Made by a program: the position numbers and the translations under genes. From Allobaculum fili (GTDB lineage Bacteria; Bacillota_I; Bacilli_A; Erysipelotrichales; Erysipelotrichaceae): 30,620 nucleotides of DNA. Position 1 is the stretch's first letter, and each line of letters begins with the position of its first letter. Under the pieces are notes generated by a model, which was not told where the DNA came from, did not search any database, and worked only from the letters and a program-made list of their open reading frames with translations. This document shows positions 1 to 9,491 of this stretch, piece after piece. The stretch covers positions 1 through 30,620 of the forward strand of contig NZ_JAHDSX010000029.1 in the NCBI RefSeq assembly GCF_020969955.1, in the 5' to 3' direction.

Positions 1-12
1 GGAGGAAATGAA

Positions 13-540
13 ATGAATTTCAATCTTCAGCGTTTTGCCGATCCCGTTAAGGGCGACAAAATCATCTACCTGGTGCGTCGTTATTCCAAACGCACAGAAG
101 AGGGCGCAGCCGTAATTGCGCTTCAGACAGAAGGCAGCCGCAGCCTTTCCAAAGACGCCGATTCCGTTGCAACAAAGGACGGAACGATCCGTGTACCAGG
201 AGCGGGTGAATGCGAGATTTCGGTTACCTCTCTGGTAACGAATGATGACGGCATTGCGGATGATCTTACCGAAGCGATGGAGAAAAACGATCTCATGGAG
301 ATCTGGGAAGTCGACACGTCCAAAAAAGGCGTCGACACCAATGCAGAGAAGTACAAGGCCCGCTACCATCAGGGATACATTACGAGTCTGGAGCTGTCTG
401 CCGGAGCAGAAGACTTCGCTGAACTCTCTCAGACCTACTCGATCAACGGCATGGGCGTATCCGGATGGGTGACTCTGACCCAGGAACAGAAAGATCTTGT
501 ACAGTATCTGTTCGCCGATACGACTCAGGCAGCGGAATAG
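13..540 (+). CDS. phage major tail (tube) protein
   Basis: 175-aa ORF with GGAGG 7 nt upstream of the ATG. It occupies the slot directly upstream of the chaperone pair and the tape measure gene. The N-terminus MNFNLQRFA is typical of Gram-positive siphovirus major tail proteins. Confidence 0.8.
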   Translation: MNFNLQRFADPVKGDKIIYLVRRYSKRTEEGAAVIALQTEGSRSLSKDADSVATKDGTIRVPGAGECEISVTSLVTNDDGIADDLTEAMEKNDLMEIWEVDTSKKGVDTNAEKYKARYHQGYITSLELSAGAEDFAELSQTYSINGMGVSGWVTLTQEQKDLVQYLFADTTQAAE

Positions 541-561
541 CAGCAAAGCAGGAGAAGAAAA

Positions 562-933
562 ATGGAAATCAATGTAAATGGAACGCTTTACCCGCTTAAG
601 GCGTCTATCGCTTTTCTTAACGAAATCGAGAAGACCAAAGTTCGCACGATTGACGGCGAAAAGATTGAAATTGGTCTGGCCAATGCGGTCATTTCCATCC
701 GCGACATGGTCGATGTGCGCGTGCTGATCGACACAATCATGGCACTGAACATCAGGCAGACCCCGCGTCTGAACAAGGACGAACTGACGGAATGGTTCGA
801 AGAAGGCGAAGTCGATCTGGAGAAACTCGGATCGGAAGTGATCGATTTTTTATCGAAAGCGAATGTCTGCAGATGGAAGCTGAAGAAGCTGGGCATTCTG
901 GAGACAGCCAAAGCCGATCCCGAAAAAGCCTGA
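562..933 (+). CDS. tail assembly chaperone (G-like, short form)
   Basis: 123-aa ORF between the major tail and tape measure genes, with AGGAG SD upstream. It is overlapped by a -1 frame ORF that stays open to 1295. Confidence 0.75.
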   Translation: MEINVNGTLYPLKASIAFLNEIEKTKVRTIDGEKIEIGLANAVISIRDMVDVRVLIDTIMALNIRQTPRLNKDELTEWFEEGEVDLEKLGSEVIDFLSKANVCRWKLKKLGILETAKADPEKA

Positions 934-1295
934 AGGATCTGGTAGATTCCATTGCGATAGACTGCTTCCGTTACTTTGGTTTTCAGTCGCTTGACCAGGT
1001 ACTCTCGCTTGATCTGCGGGAGTACCGTCTTTTATGTCAAGCGCATCGACTGAAGCTCGCCGACCAGTATTACTGGAGTGCCCAGAACGCCTTTGATGCC
1101 AACCGGGCGACACTGCGCAAAAAGAATGGGCATCTTGTCTATCCAAATGTGAAGAAACTTTTCGACTATGAGAAAGCGCAGAAGGAAGCCGGGGCGGTCC
1201 GTTCTGCGAAAAAAAGTACGCTGAGCCCGCAGGCGCAGCGTATGAAAGCCTACTTAGAGAAGAGGGAGGAAGACCATGTCACAATCGACAGTTGA
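562..1295 (+). CDS. tail assembly chaperone, -1 frameshift-extended form (GT-like); about 245 aa if the slip occurs at 846-852
   Basis: The -1 frame (ORF 792..1295) is open across the 3' end of 562..933 and ends 20 nt into the tape measure gene. An in-phase slippery heptamer is present. This is the conserved G/GT architecture of long-tailed phages. Confidence 0.55.
846..852 (+). promoter_or_regulatory. candidate -1 programmed ribosomal frameshift site T_TTT_TTA
   Basis: The zero-frame codons are GAT TTT TTA (..IDFL..), so T TTT TTA is in X_XXY_YYZ phase. Slipping back 1 nt enters the open -1 frame. An alternative site is GAAAAAG at 922-928, just before the stop. Confidence 0.5.
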
Positions 1296-4200
1296 AGCCA
1301 GACTTTCCGCTAAAGATGACGGTCTGAGCAAGGCCCTCGAAACGATTGTGGAAACGCTGGAATCACTGAATGGAACAGTGAAAGCCATCGGAAACATCAT
1401 GATCAAGGCGCAGGACAAAGCTACGCCGCAAATCAAGAAGGCGGCAGATGCGCTTGAGTCCCTTCCAGAAGAAAGCGACACCGCGCTGGAAGCCGCCAAT
1501 CACGTTACACCGGCGGCCAACCAGGCACGTGATTCGATTGAGTCCATTCCGGAAGAAAGTATGAGCGCGCTGGAAGCGGACAATCATGTGACGCCGGCAG
1601 CTAACCAGGCAGAAGACTCAATAGACTCAATCCCGGAAGAAAGCATGAGTGCTCTGGAAGCCGCCAACCACGTAACGCCGGCAGCCAATCAGGCAGTGGA
1701 TTCTATGGACTCCATTCCCCCGGATATTCATGTAGCACTCGAAGCGTCCGACAACATCACGCCTGCCTGCAAAGACGCCATTGATGCGATGCGTGAAGTG
1801 GAAGACCAGGCGGAGAAGACTGGCGGAGCGCTTAAAAGCGGATTTGCACAGGGCCTTGGGCAGAGCGCATTCAATGCCGCTGCTTCCGGTCTGAAAAGCA
1901 TCTCTGCAGGGGTGGCCGATGTCGGAAAATCCTTTGAACATTCCATGTCGAATGTGGAAGCGCTTATGGGGGAGGATAAGCTTAAATCCGTTTTCGAAAG
2001 CCCTGCCGAAGGACTGGAAGTATTGAGCAGGGCAGCTCAGGAAGCAGGAGCCACCACGCAGTTTTCCGCCTCGGAAGCAGCAGACGCGCTCGGATACATG
2101 GCGCTGGCGGGCTGGGATGCTCAAAAGTCAGCCAACGCTTTGCCGGCTATTCTGGATCTGGCTGCCAGTTCCGGCATGGGTCTGGCTGAAGCGTCGGATA
2201 CAGTGACAGATTACTTATCCGCATTTTCCAACTCACTTGACGGCGCCGGCCGGTCGGCTTTAACCGCCTCGGAAATGGTCGATATCATGGCATATGCACA
2301 GGCCAACTCAAATACGAGCGCCGCTCAGCTCGGTGAAGCATGGAAGAACTGTGCAGCCAACCTGAATGCTGCCGGACAGGATGTTCAGACGACAACATCC
2401 TTTCTGGAAGCGATGGCCAATCAGGGCCTGAAAGGTTCTGAAGCCGGCACAGCCATGGCGGCAATCATGCGCGATGTGACCGCCAGCATGGAAAACGGCG
2501 CGATTAAAATTGGTGACGTATCTGTAGCGGTACAGGATGAGAAGGGAAACTTCAAGGATCTGACCGCTATCATGACCGACGTTGAGAAAGCGACGCAGGG
2601 CATGGGCGATGCCCAGAAGGCTGCGGCATTGGCTTCCACGTTTACCGCAGATTCGCAAAAGGGCATTAACCTTCTGCTCAATGAAGGCATGGGCAAAATT
2701 GCGGGCTATGAAGATGCCCTGCGCAGCTGCAATGGCGCAGCGTCCGATATAGCAGCAACCATGAACGATAACTTGGAAGGCGACCTGAAATCGCTCAACT
2801 CTGCCTGGGAGGCCGTGCAGGTCACTCTGTTTCAGGCCGTTGCCCCGGCACTCAGGGCCGTAACGCAGGCGGCGACAAAGGTTTGCCAGATCGTCAATGA
2901 TCTGATCAGCGGCTGGCAGTCATGGCAGGCCCATCTGGATGGAACGGCAACTAAAGAGCAGGAGAATCAGCTGCAGGGGCTGTCCGGTACGATGAAGGCC
3001 GTCTATCAGGCGGTCGATAACCTGAAAGCCGCGTGGGAGGCATTCAAGAAAGGCCTGGAAGAGTCGGGCGCTCTGGATGCGGTAAAATCCGCCCTGGATA
3101 CGCTGCGCGGCGCTTTCTTCCTGCTTACATCTCAGATGGGGGACGGATCGGGGATGAAATCTTTTGGCGAAGCCGTCGGCGATGTGGTGAAATGGATTGC
3201 AAAAGCGGTAGAGTCATTTGCCAGATTCGAAGCGAAGACCGGCGGACTTATCTCAAAACTGATGCTCGGCATTGGCAGCGTAAAGCTGTTTGGCGGAGCC
3301 TTCAGCAAGGTCGGCAGCCTGATCGGCGGTCTCAAAATCAAAAATCCGTTTGCCAAACTGCCGGATCAGGCTGGCGGATCCATGACGGCGACCAAAAGCA
3401 AAGTCGCTCAGATCTTCTCTTCCATTGGCGATGTGATCAAAAAGGCCGGAGAAGGAATCGGGGCCGCTTTCAAAGGCATCGGGCAGGGAATCGGGTCGAT
3501 CTCTCTTACCGGAGCCGCAGGTCTTGCCGTGGTCATCGGAACGATTACAGTCGCTCTTCTTGCCCTGTCAGCTTGTAAGGACACCGTCCTTCCGTTCCTT
3601 GACGGGCTGGCTGACGTTATCTCAAGACTTGTCGACGGAGTGCTGGACGCCTTTGCGGGATTCATCCTGGACCTGGCGGACGTCTTCCCGATTCTGGCGG
3701 AATCGCTCGTTACACTCTCACCGCTGGTTGAAGCGTTTGGAACGGCGTTTGCGACCGTTCTGACCGCACTGAGCCCAATCATTGATACGCTCAGCGGTCT
3801 GATTAACGGCGTTGTAGAGACGGTGTCTGGTGCTGTTGTGGCCATTGTGGAAGCAGTCGCTCCATTCATTCCGAACATTCAGGGAATGGTTGCAACCATC
3901 GGCGAATGCATCCTGGCAATCTGCGACTCGTTTAATACGCTGATCGTAAATATCCCGCCTATCCTGAACTCGATCCGGGACATTGTGGGCACCGTGTTCC
4001 ATGGAATTGAAGACATTATCCGTGCTGTCGGAGATTCCGTTTCCGGAATTCTGGACTCTCTGGGCGACACGTTTACCAAGTGCGGAGACGCGATCCGGAC
4101 CGCCTTTGACGGTGTGGCGGATATCATCACCGCATTCGGAGACGCTGTCCGCAACGTGCTGGACGGTGTGTCCGGAATTATCGATTCCATTGGCAATGCG

Positions 4201-5481
4201 TGCCTCAATGCGGGAACCGGCTTCAAACGACTGGCTGAAGGTCTTCAGATCATCGCCGATCTGAACGGCTGGGATCTGGCAGGAACGCTGGCGGCAATTG
4301 CTGTACCCATTGGCGCGATCGTGGCATCGACAGCCGGAATCGGGGAAAGCGGCTCTCAGCTGATGACGCTTTCTCTGGCACTGAAAGCCATGTGTGAAAC
4401 GGCAGGAAGCCTGGACAGTGCCGGGGCGGCGATTCAAAGCTTTGCTGAGAATACATCCAGCCTTATCAGTCATGCGGGTGAACTGGAGCAAATTTCACTT
4501 GCCATGATGATGCTGGGTCAGGCAAGCATTGAGGCCGGTACCGGCCTGCTTGCCGCTGGCATAGCCCTGGGCACAATCACCCAGTCCGTTACGATTCTTG
4601 CGGCAGTGATCGATCAGGCAAGCTCAGGCGTTCAAACCCTGTTTGGGGCGATTGGATCGGCTGGATCATCCGCCGAACGGTTTGGCCAGTCGCTTTTGAG
4701 CGCTTCAGCCGCGCTCATTTCCTTTGGACAGTCTGCCGGAGCCGTAGCTTCGTCTTCAAGACGCCTGTCTTCTGCGTTCCGATCGGCTATGTCGTCGGTT
4801 GCGCAGGCGGTCAGCGCGGGAATGAGCCGCGTGAATTCGGTCATGGTTCAGGGAATGAATACGATGGTTGCTTCAGCGACTCAGTCGCTGAATCGGCTGG
4901 TGCGCGCAGCTGCCGAAGTCATGAACTCCTTCTGCGCCGCAATCCAAAGTGGAATGAGCCGAGCCGTCGGTATTGCAGCTTCTATGGCCGCAGCGATTCC
5001 TTCCGCCGCATCGGCAGCCGTATATGGAATGTACCAGGTTGGCGTCAACATCGGTAAAGGACTTGCGGACGGAATGCAGTCTCAGCTGGCCAGAGTCGCA
5101 AAAATTGCAGCCGAGCTTGGCAACACTGCGGCGGAAGCGACAAGAAAAGCCACAGAGGTGCGCTCACCTTCCCGAGTATTCAAGCGGATCGGTGCCTGCA
5201 TTGGTGAAGGCCTGGCACAGGGAATGGAATCCAGATTTGGTCGGATCGCATCCGCAGCGGATGTGATGAGCTCCATGGCAGCGCAGAACGTACTGTCAAA
5301 CGGTATGGAAGGAATTGGCAGTACGCCGGATCTTTCGGCAGACAGACGGTTTGGAGATGTAGTAATTGAGATGAACCAGATCATTGACGGCCGCCAGTTC
5401 GCAAAAGCGACAGCCCGGTTTACGCGGGATGAGCTCGACAGGCAGGACCGCCTGAAGCTCAGACTTGCGGGAGGTGTTTAA
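1276..5481 (+). CDS. phage tail tape measure protein
   Basis: 1401-aa Ala/Gly/Ser-rich ORF with GGGAGGA SD. It has a TP901-type core (FSASEAADALGYMALAGWDAQKSANALPAILDLAASSGMGLAEASD), a hydrophobic segment (GAAGLAVVIGTITVALLALSAC) and internal repeats. It sits after G/GT. Confidence 0.93.
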   Translation: MSQSTVEARLSAKDDGLSKALETIVETLESLNGTVKAIGNIMIKAQDKATPQIKKAADALESLPEESDTALEAANHVTPAANQARDSIESIPEESMSALEADNHVTPAANQAEDSIDSIPEESMSALEAANHVTPAANQAVDSMDSIPPDIHVALEASDNITPACKDAIDAMREVEDQAEKTGGALKSGFAQGLGQSAFNAAASGLKSISAGVADVGKSFEHSMSNVEALMGEDKLKSVFESPAEGLEVLSRAAQEAGATTQFSASEAADALGYMALAGWDAQKSANALPAILDLAASSGMGLAEASDTVTDYLSAFSNSLDGAGRSALTASEMVDIMAYAQANSNTSAAQLGEAWKNCAANLNAAGQDVQTTTSFLEAMANQGLKGSEAGTAMAAIMRDVTASMENGAIKIGDVSVAVQDEKGNFKDLTAIMTDVEKATQGMGDAQKAAALASTFTADSQKGINLLLNEGMGKIAGYEDALRSCNGAASDIAATMNDNLEGDLKSLNSAWEAVQVTLFQAVAPALRAVTQAATKVCQIVNDLISGWQSWQAHLDGTATKEQENQLQGLSGTMKAVYQAVDNLKAAWEAFKKGLEESGALDAVKSALDTLRGAFFLLTSQMGDGSGMKSFGEAVGDVVKWIAKAVESFARFEAKTGGLISKLMLGIGSVKLFGGAFSKVGSLIGGLKIKNPFAKLPDQAGGSMTATKSKVAQIFSSIGDVIKKAGEGIGAAFKGIGQGIGSISLTGAAGLAVVIGTITVALLALSACKDTVLPFLDGLADVISRLVDGVLDAFAGFILDLADVFPILAESLVTLSPLVEAFGTAFATVLTALSPIIDTLSGLINGVVETVSGAVVAIVEAVAPFIPNIQGMVATIGECILAICDSFNTLIVNIPPILNSIRDIVGTVFHGIEDIIRAVGDSVSGILDSLGDTFTKCGDAIRTAFDGVADIITAFGDAVRNVLDGVSGIIDSIGNACLNAGTGFKRLAEGLQIIADLNGWDLAGTLAAIAVPIGAIVASTAGIGESGSQLMTLSLALKAMCETAGSLDSAGAAIQSFAENTSSLISHAGELEQISLAMMMLGQASIEAGTGLLAAGIALGTITQSVTILAAVIDQASSGVQTLFGAIGSAGSSAERFGQSLLSASAALISFGQSAGAVASSSRRLSSAFRSAMSSVAQAVSAGMSRVNSVMVQGMNTMVASATQSLNRLVRAAAEVMNSFCAAIQSGMSRAVGIAASMAAAIPSAASAAVYGMYQVGVNIGKGLADGMQSQLARVAKIAAELGNTAAEATRKATEVRSPSRVFKRIGACIGEGLAQGMESRFGRIASAADVMSSMAAQNVLSNGMEGIGSTPDLSADRRFGDVVIEMNQIIDGRQFAKATARFTRDELDRQDRLKLRLAGGV
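1456..1791 (+). repeat. 4 x 84-bp in-frame tandem repeat (28-aa units) in the tape measure N-terminal region
   Basis: Units start at 1456, 1540, 1624 and 1708. They encode ESLPEESDTALEAANHVTPAANQARDSI, ESIPEESMSALEADNHVTPAANQAEDSI, DSIPEESMSALEAANHVTPAANQAVDSM and the degenerate DSIPPDIHVALEASDNITPACKDAIDAM. Confidence 0.85.
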
Positions 5482-5483
5482 CC

Positions 5484-7034
5484 ATGCTTTATGAGTTTTC
5501 AACCATTCAAGCGGCGGAGAGTGAAGACCATGCACTTTCCGCCGAATCTCTTTCCTATGATGGAAAGTACCTGGAAAAAGAAGTCCCCGGCTTTCGGATC
5601 CTGACGGTGTCCGGCCGGGGCATTTTAACCAAAGAAATCACAGAACGGACCCGCAACGGATTTGATGGGTCCGATTTTGTCAGGCGGGTTATCCCTGCCA
5701 GAGACATTACCGTTCAGTACTCTCTGTCTGCTCCAGATGCAAAAGAGCTGATGGCCCGGATAAACCAGCTCAACGGACTGCTTACCAAAGACCAGGCCAA
5801 AATCATTTTTGCGGATGAGCCGGACAAGTACTTCGTGGGCACTGCGTACAACGCCACGGATCTGGAGCCCGGCAGGCTTTCCTGCACCGGTGAGATCCGG
5901 ATCCGCTGCAGTGATCCATATAAATACGCCGTGATGGAAAAGCCGGTCAGCGTGAGTGTCAGCAGCTCTAGAAAGAGCCCGGTCACGATCCGAAACAACG
6001 GCAATGCGGATGCGCTTCTGCGCTTTGAACTGTCCGGATCCAAAAACGGGTATCTGGGTATCAGCTGCGCACAGGGCGCCATGGAGTTTGGAAACATCGA
6101 AGCAGCGGACAGCGTGGCCGTCAGCGACGCCCAGGAATGGCTGCTGGAAAGCACTGACATCATTAAGGACTGGCCTTCCACGGCCGGATCCACGCAGCAT
6201 TCACTGAAAAAGCTCCGGCAGGCCCCAACCACAGGAGAACGCAGAATGCAGGACTGGCTGACACTCGGCCCGGCAGACTTTCACGCTTCCGCAGCCTGGT
6301 GCAGCCGAACTATAGAAATCCCGGTGCCACGCGACTCTACCCAGCAGGATCTGGACGCGTCGGCAGGCGGTGCATCCAGTTTTTACGTTTCGCTTTTCCA
6401 CTGGTTTGAAACGGCTCACGCCGCCCAGTGCGGTGAACAGAAGATCATGTTCATGAACGTGAACGGGACGACAGAAAAAGAAATCGCCTGTCTTACCATT
6501 CACAAAAACAGCGTGTCGAATCAGGCGGAATACCTGGTATGGATCAATGGAAACTTGATTCGCTCCTTTCCTTTCGTATGCGACAGCCGCAACCCGTTTG
6601 CGCAGGGGTTTTACGGCAACAATGACTTCCATAAAGACGGCGAACGGTTCCGTTATTACTTCAATGGAAAGTATTACGGACACACTGAGCCGGCGCTCAG
6701 AGACACGGTCTGCAACCGGATCCGGATCACGTTTTCCCACTTCCCGGGCAGAGACGCGGTCACCCGTAACTATCTCGGCCGCTTCCGCTTCCGCAAGGAT
6801 CACATCTCCGGCTCCTCTGCGCGCCCCGTCGCTTTTCCGCTGCAGTCGAGAATCACCATCGACGGCAAAGCCGGAAAGATCTATCTGGACGATCAGTACC
6901 GCCCGGATCTGGAAGTGATCGGCTCACAGTACTTCAGGATTCCGCCCGGAGACAGTGAGATCCGCATCGTGCCCTCTTCCTGGTTTGAGGGCATGCTGAG
7001 CGGCACCATTTATGTACAGGAAAGGTGGTTGTAA
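5484..7034 (+). CDS. distal tail protein (Dit, siphovirus tail component) with a long C-terminal extension
   Basis: 516-aa ORF starting 3 nt after the tape measure stop, with GGGAGGTG SD. The N-terminal region (SLSYDGKYLEKEVPGFRILTVSGRG..DGSDF) resembles Sipho_tail/Dit proteins. Gene order supports the call. Confidence 0.75.
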   Translation: MLYEFSTIQAAESEDHALSAESLSYDGKYLEKEVPGFRILTVSGRGILTKEITERTRNGFDGSDFVRRVIPARDITVQYSLSAPDAKELMARINQLNGLLTKDQAKIIFADEPDKYFVGTAYNATDLEPGRLSCTGEIRIRCSDPYKYAVMEKPVSVSVSSSRKSPVTIRNNGNADALLRFELSGSKNGYLGISCAQGAMEFGNIEAADSVAVSDAQEWLLESTDIIKDWPSTAGSTQHSLKKLRQAPTTGERRMQDWLTLGPADFHASAAWCSRTIEIPVPRDSTQQDLDASAGGASSFYVSLFHWFETAHAAQCGEQKIMFMNVNGTTEKEIACLTIHKNSVSNQAEYLVWINGNLIRSFPFVCDSRNPFAQGFYGNNDFHKDGERFRYYFNGKYYGHTEPALRDTVCNRIRITFSHFPGRDAVTRNYLGRFRFRKDHISGSSARPVAFPLQSRITIDGKAGKIYLDDQYRPDLEVIGSQYFRIPPGDSEIRIVPSSWFEGMLSGTIYVQERWL

Positions 7035-9442
7035 TGAGCACCAGAATTCATATTCTGTCCGCAGAGGAATCGCCGGTTCTGGTCATGGACAACAATGCGC
7101 CTAAAGCACTGCATTACTACAGCGACAGCCTTCACAGCTATCTGACAATCGGCGGGGCATCAACGTTCACCTTCAGTGTTGACAGCACGCATGAAGAGGC
7201 GCATCTGATCGAAGCGGGCATGAAAATCGGCTTTCGATTCGAGGACACGGACTGGTATTTCACGATTACCAGCGTGGATCGGGACGAAACGGAAACGGTC
7301 ATTACATCCGAGGGACTTAGCTTCGAGTTCCTGAATGAAGAGGTCGACCAGTTCGACGCATCAACGGACATGACTTTTCTGGAATACCTGGACGCATGGG
7401 GATTTGAGCGTGACATATTAAAAACGGTCAGAAATGATATTCCAACCGTGAAAAAGAAGCTCAAATTTGATGCACGGGAAAGCATTTTAAAGCGCATGGC
7501 CAGCCTCGCCAGCAGCTTCGGAATTGAGGTCCGTCTTTCCCCATTGCTTACCCTGTACGGTGGGCTGAAAGAAATTCAGATGTCCTTATGCGTAGCCGGC
7601 GACAGAAAGGGCGTCGGAACGGATCTGACAGACCAGATCATCCGCTGGGGGAGCGGTCCGGAATCTATTCGAAAGACAACGGATCTCACAGAGTTCTGCT
7701 CCCGTCTTCGGGCAAGAGGCAAGTCATCCCGGGAAGGGGATCAGGATGTAACGATCACGCTGGCTGGATATACTCCTGGCTCTTCCGCGACAGATCCAGA
7801 CGGGTACACCTATGTTCTGAACAGTACAGATCTGTGCTGCCCGCAGGCTCGCGACCGCTATCCTTCAAGTCTTACAAAGAATCCAGAGGGCGGGTACATC
7901 GACGGATACGTCGTCCGCTTCTTTGAAGACTCAAACGCAGACACGCAGGAAAAGCTGTATCAGTCAACGCTTGCTCAGCTGCGCAAGCTGTGCCGGCCAA
8001 AAGTTTCCTATGAGGTTCGAGGAACCGTCCCTGGATCCATTGGCGACTGGCTCACCGTTGAGGACGCTGGCTACTCCCCGATCGAGTACTACCAGTGCCG
8101 CATTGTAGAAAAAGAAGTCTGTGTTTCAACAGGAGAAGTAACAGGAGTCAAGCTCGACAACTTCACCGAAATGAGTTCAAAACTTTCTCAGTCCATCCTT
8201 TCGCAGATAGAAGAAGCCATGGAGAAGGCCGCCATCTATGACTGCCGCATTTCATCCGCCGACGGAACGGCCATGGACGATGACGGAACGCCGCATACTT
8301 TCAATGCAGTCGTTCGCAAAAATTCGATAGACGTAACCAGTGACATGGAAATCACCTGGTATCTGGACGGAAATGAAGTCCCAAAAGGGGATTCTGCGTA
8401 CCAGATCCAGCTGGATCCGGTCGCTATGACGATCGGATCGCATGTTCTGAGCTTCAGTGCTTTGCAGGGCAGCATCCTTAGAGGAACGGCTGAGGTCACG
8501 CTTACCCGCTCAAAAGTAGCTGTTGAAGAACTGCCAACCGGCGACGGCGTGAAGATCATCATGAACGAGTCCGCCGCCCATGTGAGCAATGGAAAAGACG
8601 GCATCTCACCAACTGTTAGCCTTAGCAAGTCGGGTAAGACATCGACACTGAAAATCACAGATAAAAACGGTGATCATACGACACTGATCCAAGATGGAGC
8701 GGATGGTGCTGATGGGAAAGACGGAAAAGATGGAGTACAGGGACCGCGAGGCCCGCGAGGTCTCAAGGGAGACGCCGGGACCAGCGGGACCGGGATTAGT
8801 TCTGTAACCGTCAAGTACTACCAATCCTCAAGCTCATCCACGCCGTCTCAAAGCTCTTCTAGCTGGAGTACGACGTTACCTACACCTACCGCCGGGTACT
8901 ACCTGCATACTCAAGTGGCTATCGCGAAAACAGATGGAACGACAACTTACTTTTACCTGAAGAACCGGAACGGATCGAACGGAACAAGTCCGACAGTGGT
9001 AAACAACTTGACCAGCACGAGCACTACAAGCGCGTTGTCTGCAAACCAGGGAAGAATCTTAAGTGAACGCTTACGCACTCCTCAAACAGGGTGGTATCAA
9101 AAGATTCTATATGATACGAACAACTTAACGTGCGTCTATATACGGAGCTGGGGTAAAGGCCCTAACGCCGTTGTGACCGGCGATATATCATTTGGAAGCT
9201 CTAAACCAAATACGCCGGGAACAACTTACACATATAACACCGGATTTAAATTTCAAAGCGCAACTGTAGCAGCAAATGTTCCATTTGGAAGAGACGGCAG
9301 TGGAATGGCACATGTCAAGATTCAATTTGACGGGACAATCACTGTAAGAATTGTTGCAACATCAACAGCAACAGGGGGGACTATAGGTGATTCAACACTC
9401 TATTGGGCATTGCCTGTATTGGTAGATACTTATCCAGATTAA
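7034..9442 (+). CDS. tail-associated protein (Tal-like phage minor structural protein) with collagen-like and Ser-rich segments
   Basis: The ATG at 7034 overlaps the Dit stop (TAATG) and is preceded by AGGAAAGGTGG. An alternative GTG lies at 7025. It holds the Tal position after Dit. It contains 11 G-X-Y triplets, then SSSSSTPSQSSSS and a C-terminal globular region. Confidence 0.75.
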   Translation: MSTRIHILSAEESPVLVMDNNAPKALHYYSDSLHSYLTIGGASTFTFSVDSTHEEAHLIEAGMKIGFRFEDTDWYFTITSVDRDETETVITSEGLSFEFLNEEVDQFDASTDMTFLEYLDAWGFERDILKTVRNDIPTVKKKLKFDARESILKRMASLASSFGIEVRLSPLLTLYGGLKEIQMSLCVAGDRKGVGTDLTDQIIRWGSGPESIRKTTDLTEFCSRLRARGKSSREGDQDVTITLAGYTPGSSATDPDGYTYVLNSTDLCCPQARDRYPSSLTKNPEGGYIDGYVVRFFEDSNADTQEKLYQSTLAQLRKLCRPKVSYEVRGTVPGSIGDWLTVEDAGYSPIEYYQCRIVEKEVCVSTGEVTGVKLDNFTEMSSKLSQSILSQIEEAMEKAAIYDCRISSADGTAMDDDGTPHTFNAVVRKNSIDVTSDMEITWYLDGNEVPKGDSAYQIQLDPVAMTIGSHVLSFSALQGSILRGTAEVTLTRSKVAVEELPTGDGVKIIMNESAAHVSNGKDGISPTVSLSKSGKTSTLKITDKNGDHTTLIQDGADGADGKDGKDGVQGPRGPRGLKGDAGTSGTGISSVTVKYYQSSSSSTPSQSSSSWSTTLPTPTAGYYLHTQVAIAKTDGTTTYFYLKNRNGSNGTSPTVVNNLTSTSTTSALSANQGRILSERLRTPQTGWYQKILYDTNNLTCVYIRSWGKGPNAVVTGDISFGSSKPNTPGTTYTYNTGFKFQSATVAANVPFGRDGSGMAHVKIQFDGTITVRIVATSTATGGTIGDSTLYWALPVLVDTYPD
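8696..8794 (+). repeat. collagen-like G-X-Y x11 coding repeat within Tal
   Basis: Translation is GADGADGKDGKDGVQGPRGPRGLKGDAGTSGTG, in frame with 7034..9442. Confidence 0.85.
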
Positions 9443-9444
9443 AC

Positions 9445-9473
9445 AAAAAACCCGCCTCCACCGGCGGGTTTTC
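9445..9473 (+). terminator. intrinsic terminator-like hairpin inside the late operon
   Basis: Stem CCCGCC (9451-9456) / GGCGGG (9463-9468) is followed by TTTT and preceded by an A-tract. It lies 3 nt after the Tal stop. Confidence 0.7.
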
Positions 9474-9491
9474 TGATGAAAGGAGAATGAA

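Noticed and set aside
3033-3578. Alternative-frame ORFs inside the tape measure gene, such as 3033..3578(+)
   Set aside because: They are Arg/Gly/Ser-rich out-of-frame translations of a GC-skewed repetitive gene, with no SD.
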